This document shows, in pieces, positions 18,548-29,259 of a DNA stretch of 64,000 bases. The DNA comes from Escherichia coli. Its GTDB lineage: Bacteria > Pseudomonadota > Gammaproteobacteria > Enterobacterales > Enterobacteriaceae. The notes below the pieces were generated by a model, which was given only the letters and a program-made list of their open reading frames with translations, had not been told where the DNA came from and searched no databases. Location of the stretch: the NCBI RefSeq assembly GCF_029227855.1, contig NZ_CP074356.1; one strand, written 5' to 3'. Position 1 is the stretch's first letter, and each line of letters opens with the position of its first letter. The position numbers were made by a program, and so were the translations under genes.

Positions 18548-19597
18548 GTGCGGGTATTACTTCGACCTGTTCTGGTACCGGAACTCGGGCTGGTGGTCGT
18601 TAAGCCGGGCCGTGAATCCATGCCGGTATTCCACAATACCCGGGTACTGGTGGAGCCGGAACCGAAAAGCATGCGTAATCTGCCGTCCGGGGTCGTTCCT
18701 GCCGTTCGCCAGCCGCTGGTGGAAGACAAAACATTGCTGCCGTTTTTCAGTAACGCACGGGTGATTCGTGCTGCTGGTGGTGCTGGTGCATTGTCTGACT
18801 GGCTGTTGCGCCATATTAAATCCTGCCAGTGGCCACACGGCGATTATCATCACAGCGAAACCGTCATTCACCGTTATGGTACCGGCGCAATGGTGTTGTG
18901 CTGGCACTGCGACAACCAGCTGCGTGACCAGACATCCGAATCACTCGAGCAAGTTGCTCATCAAAACCTGTCAGCATGGATGATTGACGTCATCGGTCAC
19001 GCAATAAGCGGTACGCAGGAGCGTGAATTATCTCTGGCTGAATTATCCTGGTGGGCGGTCCGCAATCAGGTGGCGGACGCGCTACCGGAAGCGGTATTAC
19101 GTCGTTCGCTGGGGTTGCGTGCGGAAAAAATCCGCTCAATGTACCGCGAAAGCGACATCGTACCGGGAGAGCAGACCGCCACCAGCATATTGAAACAGCG
19201 CACAAAAAATCTTGCACCGTTGCCTCACGCCCACCAGCAACAAAACCCATCACAGGAAAAGACGGTGGTAAGCATCACCGTTGATCCAGAGTCTCCGGAA
19301 TCTTTCATGAAGCTGCCTAAACGTCACCGTTGGGTTAAGGAGAAATACACACGCTGGGTTAAGACACAGCCGTGTGCTTGCTGCGGGATGCCAGCCGACG
19401 ATCCGCATCATCTGATTGGTCACGGGCAGGGCGGAATGGGAACCAAAGCACATGATCTCTTTGTGTTGCCTTTGTGCAGAAAGCATCACGACGAGTTGCA
19501 TACGGATACCGTGGCATTTGAAGAGAAGTATGGCTCCCAACTGGAGCTGATTTTTCGATTTATCGATCGCGCGCTGGCAATTGGTGTGCTGGCCTAA
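18548..19597 (+). CDS. ydfU: YdfU-like DUF968 protein with C-terminal HNH-like Cys/His motifs
   Basis: 349-aa ORF with GTG start and SD ggagg; C-terminal [18 protein letters not shown]...CRKHHDELH; same length and position as remembered Qin YdfU. Confidence 0.8.
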   Translation: MRVLLRPVLVPELGLVVVKPGRESMPVFHNTRVLVEPEPKSMRNLPSGVVPAVRQPLVEDKTLLPFFSNARVIRAAGGAGALSDWLLRHIKSCQWPHGDYHHSETVIHRYGTGAMVLCWHCDNQLRDQTSESLEQVAHQNLSAWMIDVIGHAISGTQERELSLAELSWWAVRNQVADALPEAVLRRSLGLRAEKIRSMYRESDIVPGEQTATSILKQRTKNLAPLPHAHQQQNPSQEKTVVSITVDPESPESFMKLPKRHRWVKEKYTRWVKTQPCACCGMPADDPHHLIGHGQGGMGTKAHDLFVLPLCRKHHDELHTDTVAFEEKYGSQLELIFRFIDRALAIGVLA

Positions 19598-19614
19598 TTT
19601 TGTGGAGTAAGTTG

Positions 19615-19992
19615 ATGCGTGATATTCAGATGGTTCTTGAGCGTTGGGGGGCATGGGCGGCTAATAATCATGAAGATGTGACCTGGTCGTCCATTGCCGC
19701 TGGTTTTAAGGGATTAATTCCTTCAAAAGTAAGATCTCGTCCGCAATGCTGTGACGATGACGCGATGATCATTTGTGAATGTATGGCTCGCCTGAGAAAA
19801 AACAACAGCGATTTACATGGTTTATTGGTGGACTATTATGTCGGCGGCATGACTTTTATGGCGCTTGCACGTAAGCATGGGCGATCTGATTGTTGGGTTG
19901 GCAGGATGCTCCAGAAAGCTGAGGGCGTAGTGGAGGGCATGCTGATGGTATTGGATCTCCGATTGGAGATGGATGCTGATTGTTCGAAATAA
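19615..19992 (+). CDS. late-gene antitermination protein Q
   Basis: 125-aa [27 protein letters not shown]... typical of small Q antiterminators; followed by terminator. Confidence 0.85.
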   Translation: MRDIQMVLERWGAWAANNHEDVTWSSIAAGFKGLIPSKVRSRPQCCDDDAMIICECMARLRKNNSDLHGLLVDYYVGGMTFMALARKHGRSDCWVGRMLQKAEGVVEGMLMVLDLRLEMDADCSK

Positions 19993-20090
19993 TTAAAGGA
20001 AAAGTTGCTGTCTGATTGTCATTAGTCTAACATTTTAAATGTTGGAATCGCAACGTAGTTATTATCATATAACAGCTTGTTTCCTGATTT

Positions 20091-20119
20091 AGCCAGCCTC
20101 CCCAAAGGCTGGTTTTTTT
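20091..20119 (+). terminator. rho-independent terminator downstream of Q (tR'-like)
   Basis: Stem ccagcc / ggctgg with loop, followed by TTTTTTT. Confidence 0.55.
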
Positions 20120-20147
20120 CTAATAAGTATCATTTCGGGTAGGGATT

Positions 20148-20672
20148 TTATTGTTTAACCCATAATAATTCATTGACATTGAATCCCAACTTTTGAGCGG
20201 TTCGCACATAGTCTGCTTTTACTTTATCTGGAATAGTTGGGGTCCTTGCCAGAATCCATAGGTATTCTCTGTTCGAACCACTAACAAGAGCATACTTATA
20301 CTCATCATCCAGTTTGATTACATTATAGCCACCATAGAAGGGGCCAAAAAACGAAACCTTCAACGCTGCAGTTTTAGTATCTCCAGTAAAGTATGCTTTA
20401 CCTTCGCTCTCGCTCCATTTATTTTTCGTTGGATCGTATCCACGGTTAAGTACACGAATCCCTCCGTCGTTCCGTTTTCCATAAGTAGCGCTGACCTGTT
20501 CCAGACCACGTTCGAACCGGTTCTCGAGGCGAGCTATTTCATACCATTTTCCGAGGTAGCGGTTGGCGTCAAAATTTGTAATCGGCTGCACACCTTTAGG
20601 TGGTGTCGGGGCCTTACATGCTATAAGAGTGAAAGAGAGTGCAATGCCAGTCAACACAGGCCATAACTTCAT
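20148..20672 (-). CDS. bacterial lipocalin Blc-like outer-membrane lipoprotein
   Basis: ATG 20672 with SD agga; lipobox LIACK; lipocalin motifs NFDANRYLGKWYEIAR and FFGPFYGGYNVI. Confidence 0.85.
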   Translation of the reverse strand: MKLWPVLTGIALSFTLIACKAPTPPKGVQPITNFDANRYLGKWYEIARLENRFERGLEQVSATYGKRNDGGIRVLNRGYDPTKNKWSESEGKAYFTGDTKTAALKVSFFGPFYGGYNVIKLDDEYKYALVSGSNREYLWILARTPTIPDKVKADYVRTAQKLGFNVNELLWVKQ

Positions 20673-20864
20673 AATCAATCCTGTACTTTTGATAGTTGAG
20701 AGTAAGTATGAAAGATAGATGATTACGACCGATCACTTAAAGAACTTTCATACTATATTAGGAATAGTCCATAACAGAAAAATTGTCAGTGATGACGTCA
20801 GAAAGGCAATTTATTCCGTGCACTACACAGTTTATGTGTTAATGAATTAGTCAAGGGGGAGGAT

Positions 20865-21824
20865 ATGATAAAAAAACCTGTGATTGGAATCAGCGGTTGT
20901 TTGGCCGGTTCTGCTGTTCGTTTTGATGGTGGTCACAAAAGAGCTGACTTTTTAATGGACAAATTAGTGGAATGGGTAACATTCAGACCAGTATGTCCGG
21001 AAATGGCTATAGGGCTGCCAGTTCCGCGTCCTGCTCTACGTCTTGTGCGCTCGAAGCAAGGAAATATACGGATGTGTTTCAGCCACGACCAGAATGAGGA
21101 TGTGACAGAGAGAATGACAGAGTTTAGTCGTTCTTATATGCACAAATTAAAGGATGTATCGGGGTTTGTGGTTTGTGCTAAATCTCCCAGCTGTGGCATG
21201 GAGCGCGTGCGTGTCTATGATGAAAATGGTAATCGAGGTCGTAAAGATGGAGTGGGACTATTTACGAGCACTTTGATGGAAAAGTTTTCCTGGCTACCGG
21301 TTGAAGAGGATGGGCGATTACATGATCCAGTGCTTCGTGAGAATTTTGTTGAAAGAGTTTTTGCTTTGCATGAGCTCAATCACCTTTACAAGGAGAAATT
21401 ATCAAGAAGAGAGTTATTAGCTTTTCATAGTCGTTATAAGCTTCAGTTGTTGGCGCATAGTCAGGCAGGCTATAAAGATATGGGACCATTTGTGGCTGCA
21501 ATACACGAGTGGGCGGACCTTGAATCATACTTTGAGGTGTATCGTGATAAGCTGATGGCGATTCTCAGAAAACCTGCATCACGTAAAAATCACACGAATG
21601 TGCTGATGCATATACAGGGGTATTTTAGTAATTACTTAAGTACACGCCAGCGTAAAGAGTTGACCGAGGTTATACTTAACTATCGCTTTGGCACATTGCC
21701 TCTTCTTGCGCCGTTGACTCTGCTGAAGCATTATCTGGGTGAGTATCCTAATGATTACTTGCTTACACAGAATTACTTCGATCCCTATCCGGAAGAACTG
21801 GCTCTAAGACTGATGGTGAATTAA
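20865..21824 (+). CDS. DUF523 (TudS-like) plus DUF1722 (YbgA-like) fusion protein
   Basis: 319-aa ORF with SD agggggagg; N-terminal Cys-containing GISGCLAG...CPEM...SPSCG; C-terminal half YbgA-like. Confidence 0.75.
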   Translation: MIKKPVIGISGCLAGSAVRFDGGHKRADFLMDKLVEWVTFRPVCPEMAIGLPVPRPALRLVRSKQGNIRMCFSHDQNEDVTERMTEFSRSYMHKLKDVSGFVVCAKSPSCGMERVRVYDENGNRGRKDGVGLFTSTLMEKFSWLPVEEDGRLHDPVLRENFVERVFALHELNHLYKEKLSRRELLAFHSRYKLQLLAHSQAGYKDMGPFVAAIHEWADLESYFEVYRDKLMAILRKPASRKNHTNVLMHIQGYFSNYLSTRQRKELTEVILNYRFGTLPLLAPLTLLKHYLGEYPNDYLLTQNYFDPYPEELALRLMVN

Positions 21825-22230
21825 CTGTATGCGATATCATCTGAAAGTGATGAGTTCCTGTATGCAGGATATTTACAATCGTAAAAACTACACTATGATA
21901 CCCATAGTGTCAGTTTGTATAAAAATCCTGTTCACGCTGAAGAAAACATTGAGATGCAATTTAATGTTGGTAAACATACCAGCCCCAAAAGATTTTATTC
22001 AATCTGTTTTTATATGAAGATATTTCAAGTGAATATTAAGAGTATATAATATTATTATTGCACGCAGCTATTATAATATAACAGATTAGTTTAATGATTT
22101 GTTTTTTGTGAGTTAAACACATGGTTTTATAGTTGTGATGCAATGAGATTTTCCTTATTGTTGAACTGGCGAATATTGATTTTCCACCTATACTTACCTG
22201 GTGTAACCCCAGTGATATCAGGTGGATAAT

Positions 22231-22944
22231 ATGCCATACATATGTTCTGTCATTTTGGTGTTGAACTCGTTTGGTGTCCGAATTGGTAAAGAAGATATTT
22301 TGTTTAAAAAAGGAAGTGCTGTCCTCATCGAATACAATTTAAAAGATCTTTTTTCGTCAAATACAGATCATCTAATGATCGTAGATGTTGAGGAGAAAAC
22401 AGTTAATGATTTCTTTAAAAACTACACACTCTCACCTTTTTCTGTAAGAAGGTTTTATCCGGCATACTTGATAGTAGAATGTGAAGGTTTTTCTTTGTTA
22501 AAGAACTTGGTTGCATGCTTGAATTGTGATAGCAAAACCGTGGATGTGGTTAGAAATCAAATATCACTTGCATGTCTTGCTGTCTTATCTTCAGAGAAAA
22601 TAGTGCAAAGTTTTTTGTTCGGAAGTCTTAATAGCTTAGGTTGTAAAGTTAAGGCTATTATTCACTCGGATATCTCAGCGTCATGGAGACTTTGTGATAT
22701 ATCTTCAAGATTATATATGAGCGAGAGTTTGTTAAAAAGAAAATTAAAAGACGAAGGGGTATCGTTTAGTAGATTAATTCTTGAAGAACGAATGATGATG
22801 GCGCAAAGATTATTAATTTACAGTAACCATACTGTCGGCAAGGTGGCGGGAATATGCGGGTATGACAATGCATCATATTTTGTAAGTGTTTTTAGAAGAT
22901 ATTTTGGTGTGCCTCCGCACCAATATTTATCAAGATTTTCTTAG
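22231..22944 (+). CDS. AraC-family transcriptional regulator (AppY-like)
   Basis: C-terminal AraC HTH (GKVAGICGYDNASYFVSVFRRYFGVPPHQY); N-terminal half resembles remembered AppY; AT-rich. Confidence 0.8.
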   Translation: MPYICSVILVLNSFGVRIGKEDILFKKGSAVLIEYNLKDLFSSNTDHLMIVDVEEKTVNDFFKNYTLSPFSVRRFYPAYLIVECEGFSLLKNLVACLNCDSKTVDVVRNQISLACLAVLSSEKIVQSFLFGSLNSLGCKVKAIIHSDISASWRLCDISSRLYMSESLLKRKLKDEGVSFSRLILEERMMMAQRLLIYSNHTVGKVAGICGYDNASYFVSVFRRYFGVPPHQYLSRFS

Positions 22945-23135
22945 AAGATATGATGTGATGGCATTTTATAAAGTTGTTTTTTTGAAGTGTAAGATTATAC
23001 GATATTTTTAGCTACGCCAGAATAATTGCTGGCGTTTTTCTTTTTGAATAGATGTTCGGGCCTTACGCTAATGTAATTTTTTTCCTTCTTCGAACCAAAC
23101 CGTGTACACCATCCGTTATCTGCGGAGGTGAGGCT

Positions 23136-23351
23136 ATGAAATCCATGGATAAGTTAACAACGGGCATCGCCTACGGCACCTCTGCAGGCAGTGCTGGCTA
23201 CTGGTTTTTACAGTTGCTCGATAAAGTCACGCCCTCACAGTGGGCGGCAATAGGTGTATTGGGTAGTCTGGTATTTGGCATGCTGACGTATCTGACTAAC
23301 CTTTATTTCAAGATTAAAGAAGACAGGCGTAAGGCTGAGAGAGGAGAGTAA
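23136..23351 (+). CDS. class II holin
   Basis: 71-aa product [73 protein letters not shown] ggaggtgagg. Confidence 0.85.
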   Translation: MKSMDKLTTGIAYGTSAGSAGYWFLQLLDKVTPSQWAAIGVLGSLVFGMLTYLTNLYFKIKEDRRKAERGE

Positions 23352-23355
23352 TCCA

Positions 23356-23700
23356 ATGACTCAAGTATACGAACTGGTTGTGAAAGGAGTCCGTAATTTT
23401 GAGAATAAAGTTGCGGTAACTTTAGCCTTACAGGACAAAGAACGCTTTGACGGTGAGATTTTTGACCTTGATATCACTATGGATCGTGTTGAAGGTGCTG
23501 CACTGGAGTTTTATGAGGCAGCAGCCAGAAGGAGAATCAGACAGGTGTTCTTGGATGTTGCTGCCGGGTTATGTGAAGGGGATGAGCAGTCGCCGGAAAA
23601 GCGCCCCATAATTTTAGAGGCGCAGAATGTGTGGATAACCTACAAAGGAAAGCTACCAGGAAGAATTACTGGTTATCTGAAGACTCCGCCGGAATGTTAA
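23356..23700 (+). CDS. YdfR-like lysis-cassette protein (DUF1327)
   Basis: 114-aa ORF MTQVYELVVKGVRNFENKVAVTLALQDKERFDGEIFDLD... resembles remembered YdfR. Confidence 0.7.
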   Translation: MTQVYELVVKGVRNFENKVAVTLALQDKERFDGEIFDLDITMDRVEGAALEFYEAAARRRIRQVFLDVAAGLCEGDEQSPEKRPIILEAQNVWITYKGKLPGRITGYLKTPPEC

Positions 23701-23938
23701 TTTTAACAGCATATTTCTCTTCCAGTAATGCCACCAGCCACTTGAAGGAATTTTGTTGTTCCTGGGACCATTTGGGGCTGTGTGATTCAAGCTGGAGCGA
23801 TGCCAGTGTTGGTTGCATTTGTTCCCTGGGAATTGACAATGCCAGATATGAAAATGCGACAGTAAGGGCATTAACATCATCCCGAAGCCTGGAAATGCAG
23901 TCGAGCAACTCCTGAAGAGAAATGGTGTTATTGTCCAT
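23666..23938 (-). CDS. hypothetical protein encoded antisense within lysis cassette
   Basis: 90-aa minus-strand ORF with good RBS (gagga, 6-nt spacer); acidic, protein-like composition. Confidence 0.45.
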   Translation of the reverse strand: MDNNTISLQELLDCISRLRDDVNALTVAFSYLALSIPREQMQPTLASLQLESHSPKWSQEQQNSFKWLVALLEEKYAVKINIPAESSDNQ

Positions 23939-24043
23939 AAATAATCCTCTTGATTGTATTTACCTGTTCTCCGCCTGATTCAACAGGTTGGGACAGATAA
24001 ACATATCCTGGGTTCAGAAATCGATAAATCCTGATAAATATCC

Positions 24044-24577
24044 ATGAACGTAAAAGTCAAATACGGCCTGTCGGCTGCCGTTCTGGCGCTGATTGGTGCT
24101 GGTGCATCTGCTCCCCAGATACTTGACCAGTTTCTGGACGAAAAAGAAGGTAACCACACAATGGCATACCGTGATGGTTCCGGCATATGGACCATCTGTC
24201 GGGGTGCCACAGTGGTGGATGGAAAACCCGTTTTTCCCAATATGAAACTGTCGAAGGAAAAATGCGACCAGGTTAACGCTATTGAGCGTGATAAGGCTCT
24301 GGCATGGGTGGAGCGCAATATTAAAGTACCACTGACCGAACCACAAAAAGCGGGTATCGCGTCATTTTGTCCCTATAACATTGGCCCCGGTAAGTGTTTT
24401 CCGTCGACGTTTTATAAACGGCTGAATGCTGGTGATCGTAAAGGTGCATGCGAGGCGATTCGCTGGTGGATTAAGGACAGGGGGCGTGATTGCCGCATTC
24501 GTTCAAATAACTGTTACGGTCAGGTTATTCGTCGTGATCAGGAGAGCGCGTTAGTGTGCTGGGGGATCGACAGATAA
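24044..24577 (+). CDS. phage lysozyme (endolysin) with signal-anchor-like N-terminus
   Basis: 177-aa ORF; hydrophobic N-terminal segment (LSAAVLALIGAGASA) consistent with a signal-anchor-release endolysin; lysozyme family assigned by position after the holin and resemblance to remembered prophage lysozymes. Confidence 0.85.
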   Translation: MNVKVKYGLSAAVLALIGAGASAPQILDQFLDEKEGNHTMAYRDGSGIWTICRGATVVDGKPVFPNMKLSKEKCDQVNAIERDKALAWVERNIKVPLTEPQKAGIASFCPYNIGPGKCFPSTFYKRLNAGDRKGACEAIRWWIKDRGRDCRIRSNNCYGQVIRRDQESALVCWGIDR

Positions 24578-24875
24578 GCAGAATATTTCTCTGAAAAATG
24601 ACGTTGGCCAACGCGAGTGGATAACACGATATTCGTCATAAATGAATTGAAGTAGTGAATAAGAGCAGAACCCCCGATTGCGCGAACAGTCGGGTTTTTT
24701 GTGTTTCCTGACTCCGGAAAAGCCAAAGGAGAAAGTGTGTTTGATTTTAGCAAACTGATTCGGGAGATTCGAACTATGGTTGAAAAATTATCCACCTGGA
24801 AATTCATTCTTTTCTGGCTGGTGTTTGCGATTATGGCCTCCGGTTATTTCATTGCTCAGATACGCTGGTGGTGAA

Positions 24876-25340
24876 ATGAAACCGGTTCTGTATGCGGTGA
24901 TTGTTATTCTACTGGTGGTCAGTGGTGCGCTGTTGCTGGCAATAGCCCATTACCGCGATAATGCCATCATCTACAAAGAGCAGAGAGATGATGCGAAGAC
25001 AAAACTCAGCCAGGCGAACGCAGCCATTACTGACATGCAGCAGCGCCAGCGTGATGTTACTGCACTCGATGCAAAATACCTGAAGGAATTAGCTGATGCG
25101 AAAGCTGAAAATGATGCTCTTCGTGATGATATTGCCGCTGGTCGTCGTCGGTTGCACATCAGAGCAGTCTGTCAGAGCGTGCGTGAAGCCACCGCCGCCT
25201 CCGGCGTGGGTAATGCAGCCGCCCCCCGACTGGCAGACACCGCTGAACGGGATTATTTCACCCTCAGAGAGCGACTGATAATAATGCAAAAACAACTTGA
25301 AGGGGCACAGCTATACATTCGAGAGCAATGCCTCAGATAA
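24876..25340 (+). CDS. i-spanin Rz
   Basis: ATG 24876; N-terminal TM ([22 protein letters not shown]) then coiled-coil region. Confidence 0.8.
   Translation: MKPVLYAVIVILLVVSGALLLAIAHYRDNAIIYKEQRDDAKTKLSQANAAITDMQQRQRDVTALDAKYLKELADAKAENDALRDDIAAGRRRLHIRAVCQSVREATAASGVGNAAAPRLADTAERDYFTLRERLIIMQKQLEGAQLYIREQCLR
25096..25278 (+). CDS. o-spanin Rz1 lipoprotein, nested in Rz in the +1 frame
   Basis: 60-aa product [23 protein letters not shown]... with lipobox and proline-rich stretch [15 protein letters not shown]. Confidence 0.75.
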   Translation: MRKLKMMLFVMILPLVVVGCTSEQSVRACVKPPPPPAWVMQPPPDWQTPLNGIISPSESD

Positions 25341-25657
25341 AAACCGGCCAAGGATAATCCGCTGAAGATTCGCCGGGGCTAGAGAGAGCCAAAGCTTTAA
25401 TTGACACCATTACTCATAGCAAGGCAATGCATCGTTTTTATGAGGTCAATAGATGCCTGATTTATTTCTGTGCTCCGTATCGTCGCTGTATTCCTTCGTT
25501 AACCATGAGTGTAGTCCGACGGGGAGCACGAGTGTATGGGAATAATAAAAAAAGATACACACCTGGGTTTACCGCTTTTATGCTTCGCGGGTTTGCTCTT
25601 CATGCAGCTAGTCCGGTACAGAGGTGTATGAAACCGGACTGCTGATTTAATTAATTC

Positions 25658-26062
25658 CTATATTAATGGTCTGTTATTTTCAACATCTTCCATGTACAAA
25701 AGATCGTGATCAAACGAATAGTAAAACCTTATGTTTTTATCTATATCTGTAATCCAGCGATAAACACCTGCTTTTGCTAAAGTGAGACGATATTGATGAA
25801 ATGTAGATTTACCTGATATAAGATTTCTGGCTGCTTCTTTAATTAATTCTGGTTTCTTTGATGTGCTAACTTTCACAAGTCCTCTACTGCCTCGAACTAA
25901 TAAAATATTATCATCATGAGTAATTAGTCTTATATTATCAGTAGCCAGATAATAAATATAATGCGCAATATTATGGCGTTTTAATTCGGAGTAAAACCAT
26001 GGGAAGTATAAATTACTTCTAACGTGTTCGAATATCTCTTGAAAAATATCTGCCTGCTCCAT
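25658..26062 (-). CDS. hypothetical AT-rich moron protein
   Basis: 134-aa minus-strand ORF (MEQADIFQEIFEHVRSNLYFPWFYSELKRHNIAHYIYYL...) between spanins and terminase; start uncertain. Confidence 0.45.
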   Translation of the reverse strand: MEQADIFQEIFEHVRSNLYFPWFYSELKRHNIAHYIYYLATDNIRLITHDDNILLVRGSRGLVKVSTSKKPELIKEAARNLISGKSTFHQYRLTLAKAGVYRWITDIDKNIRFYYSFDHDLLYMEDVENNRPLI

Positions 26063-26402
26063 CAGGAAATATCCTCTTGTCACTGCTACTTCTTACCATG
26101 AGCTTAGATAGTTTGCATGATTTGTTCTCTCACATCAATCTGATCCGACCTCATTGAGGTGGGCGTTGTGAATACCTGATAAGAAATGTGGGTCCTCCCA
26201 ATGGGGGAGGCTGGCACGGGGCGGGAGCGTCGCGGAAAAAGGCTAGTTTTTGCATTTCCATGGCGGCGGCAGCATGTTTGGTAATTTATTGATAATTAAA
26301 AGTTATTTCCCTTTTCACCTGTACAATATTTTTTTCTTCCTGTCATTAGACCAGTTTGCAATTAATTGAAATATATAAATAAACCTGATTTTCACCTGCC
26401 AG

Positions 26403-26942
26403 ATGGAGTTGCTTATGTCAAATGTGAGCGGGATCGGTGATGCTTATTACTGGAGTGTTTTTAAAATCGCCGAGGCCTTTGGGCTTCACCGGGACACAGT
26501 AAAAAAACGGCTCCTCGCGGCCAACACTCCTGTGGCTGCGACTGTCAGGGGGAACCCCGTTTACGCCCTGCAGCATGTCGGGCCCGCCCTGTTTAGTGTG
26601 AAGCATGAGGCAGCAGACTCTGTTCATGATCCATCCCGTATGGAGCCGAAAGAGAGAAAGGACTGGTACCAGTCTGAAAATGAAAGGATCAAGCTGGAAA
26701 AGGAGCAGCGAAAACTCATCCCAGTTGATGAAGTAGTCATCGTCTATTCGTCCATGAGAAAGGCTGTCGTCCAGGTTCTGGAGACAATTCCGGATGTTCT
26801 TGAACGCGATTGCGCTCTGACTCCTCAGGCCGTCGGCGTTGTACAGCAGGCCATTGATGACCTGCGATACACTCTTCAGGAAAAATCCTACGAGGCTTGT
26901 GCTGCTGAATTAATTCCTGATGAGGAAGGAGAGAGTCTCTAG
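26403..26942 (+). CDS. terminase small subunit
   Basis: 179-aa ORF immediately upstream of terminase large subunit; family assigned by position and size. Confidence 0.65.
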   Translation: MELLMSNVSGIGDAYYWSVFKIAEAFGLHRDTVKKRLLAANTPVAATVRGNPVYALQHVGPALFSVKHEAADSVHDPSRMEPKERKDWYQSENERIKLEKEQRKLIPVDEVVIVYSSMRKAVVQVLETIPDVLERDCALTPQAVGVVQQAIDDLRYTLQEKSYEACAAELIPDEEGESL

Positions 26943-26950
26943 GAGGAATA

Positions 26951-29050
26951 ATGGGTTTTTCATCAGCCCGAAATTTGGGAAGGGACATATCGGCAGGATT
27001 TTCCCCACCACGTCGCATGCCGATTTCGGAGGCTGTTAAAAAATTCATGCGTGTTCCCAAGGGGGCTGGTAACTCGGTGCCATGGGATCCTGAACTGACA
27101 CCCTACATCATTGAGCCCATGAACTGCCTGGCATCGCGTGAATACGATGCGGTGATTTTTGTTGGTCCTGCGCGAACAGGGAAGACCATTGGTCTGATCG
27201 ATGGATGGATTGTCTATACCATCGTTTGCGATCCTTCGGACATGCTCGTTGTGCAGATGACCGAAGATAAGGCCCGCGAGCATTCTAAAAAGCGCCTCGA
27301 CAGAACGTTCAGAAGCAGTGCGGCGGTAAAGAAAAGAATGAGTCCACGTCGTAACGACAATAATGTCCATGATAAGAAGTTCAGGGATGGCTCGTTCCTT
27401 AAAATTGGTTGGCCCTCGGTCAACATTATGTCGTCGTCGGATTACCGGTTTGTCGCCTTAACCGATTACGACCGTTTTCCGGAGAATATCGACAGCGAGG
27501 GTGATGGTTTCTCCCTGGCCTCAAAACGTACCACCACATTTATGTCCGCCGGGATGACTCTGGTGGAGAGCTCGCCGGGACGTGACATCTGCGACAGCAA
27601 ATGGCGACGTAAGTCGCCTCATGAAGCGCCACCGACGACTGGTATTCTTTCCCTTTACAATCGTGGTGACCGCCGCCGCTGGTACTGGCCATGTCCGCAC
27701 TGCGGTGAATATTTTCAGCCAGCTATGGATGCCATGACCGGCTACCGTAATGAACCGGATCCCTTTAAAGCCAGTGAGGCGGCGTATCTACTTTGCCCGC
27801 ACTGCAGCGGCATTATCACTGCGGAGAAAAAGCGTGAGCTCAATAGTGCAGGAGTCTGGTTGCGTGAAGGTCAGGTCATTGATCGTAACGGCAACGTTTC
27901 CGGTGAACCGCGCCGCTCCCGTATCGCCAGTTTCTGGATGGAAGGGCCAGCTGCTGCGTATCAGACCTGGGCGCAACTGGTTTACAAATTACTGACTGCA
28001 GAACAGGAGTATGAAGCGACAGGAAGCGAAGAAACACTCAGGGCGGTTATCAACACCGACTGGGGATTGCCTTATCTTCCTCGTGCCAGCATGGAGCAAC
28101 GAAAAAGTGAACTGCTTGAGCAGCGGGCAGAGCCAGTTCCTTCCTGCAGTGTGCCGGATGGCGTTAATTTCCTTGTGGCGACAGTGGATGTGCAGGCGGG
28201 ACGTCATCGCCGTTTTGTGGTTCAGGTAACTGGCTATGGCAGTCGTGGCGAACGCTGGATTATTGATCGTTACAATATCACGCAGTCATTGCGCAGTGAC
28301 TGCGACGGGGAGAGCCAGCGAATTGATCCGGCCAGCTATCCGGAAGACTGGGATGTCCTGCTGACGGATGTTTTTCATAAAAGCTGGCCGCTGGCCTCCG
28401 ATCCTTCTCAACAAATGCGACTGATGGCAATGGCGGTGGACTCCGGCGGTGAAGACGGGGTCACTGATAATGCCTATAAATTCTGGCGTCGTTGCCGTCG
28501 TGATGGCCTTGGTAAACGTATTTACCTGTTTAAGGGCGACAGCATCCGGCGCGCAAAACTGATCACCCGTACATTCCCTGATAACACCGGACGAACGGGC
28601 CGACGGGCGCAGGCCGCAGGTGATGTGCCGCTCTGGCTTCTTCAGACGGATGCACTGAAAGACCGGGTGAATAACGCGTTATGGCGTGACTCGCCAGGTC
28701 CCGGCTATGTGCATTTCCCTGACTGGCTGGGGAGCTGGTTTTACGACGAACTGACGTATGAAGAGCGGAGCAGTGACGGGAAATGGAGTAAGCCGGGTCG
28801 CGGTGCCAACGAAGCTTTTGACCTGATGGTGTATGCCGAGGCTCTGGTCATTCTGCATGGATACGAAAAGATCCGCTGGCCGGATGCACCGGAGTGGGCG
28901 AGCCGGGAAACCTGGCTGGAGTGTGTCCCGGACAGTACCGAACCGTCACCCTCACCGGAACCGGTATCCACGCCTGTTAAAAAACAAAAACGGAAGAAAA
29001 CAGTAACTGACGATGTTAACCCCTGGCTGACTTCCGGAGGATGGTTATGA
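26951..29050 (+). CDS. terminase large subunit (GpA family)
   Basis: 699-aa ORF with SD aggagg; Walker A-like GPARTGKT; characteristic size. Confidence 0.9.
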   Translation: MGFSSARNLGRDISAGFSPPRRMPISEAVKKFMRVPKGAGNSVPWDPELTPYIIEPMNCLASREYDAVIFVGPARTGKTIGLIDGWIVYTIVCDPSDMLVVQMTEDKAREHSKKRLDRTFRSSAAVKKRMSPRRNDNNVHDKKFRDGSFLKIGWPSVNIMSSSDYRFVALTDYDRFPENIDSEGDGFSLASKRTTTFMSAGMTLVESSPGRDICDSKWRRKSPHEAPPTTGILSLYNRGDRRRWYWPCPHCGEYFQPAMDAMTGYRNEPDPFKASEAAYLLCPHCSGIITAEKKRELNSAGVWLREGQVIDRNGNVSGEPRRSRIASFWMEGPAAAYQTWAQLVYKLLTAEQEYEATGSEETLRAVINTDWGLPYLPRASMEQRKSELLEQRAEPVPSCSVPDGVNFLVATVDVQAGRHRRFVVQVTGYGSRGERWIIDRYNITQSLRSDCDGESQRIDPASYPEDWDVLLTDVFHKSWPLASDPSQQMRLMAMAVDSGGEDGVTDNAYKFWRRCRRDGLGKRIYLFKGDSIRRAKLITRTFPDNTGRTGRRAQAAGDVPLWLLQTDALKDRVNNALWRDSPGPGYVHFPDWLGSWFYDELTYEERSSDGKWSKPGRGANEAFDLMVYAEALVILHGYEKIRWPDAPEWASRETWLECVPDSTEPSPSPEPVSTPVKKQKRKKTVTDDVNPWLTSGGWL

Positions 29051-29259
29051 ACCAGAATGATATCGAAGCCATGATTCAGCGTTATACGGAAGCTGAAATG
29101 GCGGTGCTGGACGGAAAATCCGTCACCTTTAATGGTCAGCAGATGACCATGGAAAACTTATCTGAGATCCGGCAGGGACGGCAGGAGTGGGAGCGCCGCC
29201 TTGCGGCTCTGATTACACGACGACGGGGGCATCCCGGGTACCGGCTGGCGAGGTTCTGA
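29047..29259 (+). CDS. head-tail joining protein (gpW-like)
   Basis: About 70-aa ORF overlapping terminase stop and portal start, ends RRRGHPGYRLARF. Confidence 0.7.
   Translation: MNQNDIEAMIQRYTEAEMAVLDGKSVTFNGQQMTMENLSEIRQGRQEWERRLAALITRRRGHPGYRLARF

Noticed and set aside
25427-25645. 72-aa plus-strand ORF after the spanins
   Set aside because: No RBS, Cys/Arg-rich odd composition; more likely noncoding sequence near the packaging site.
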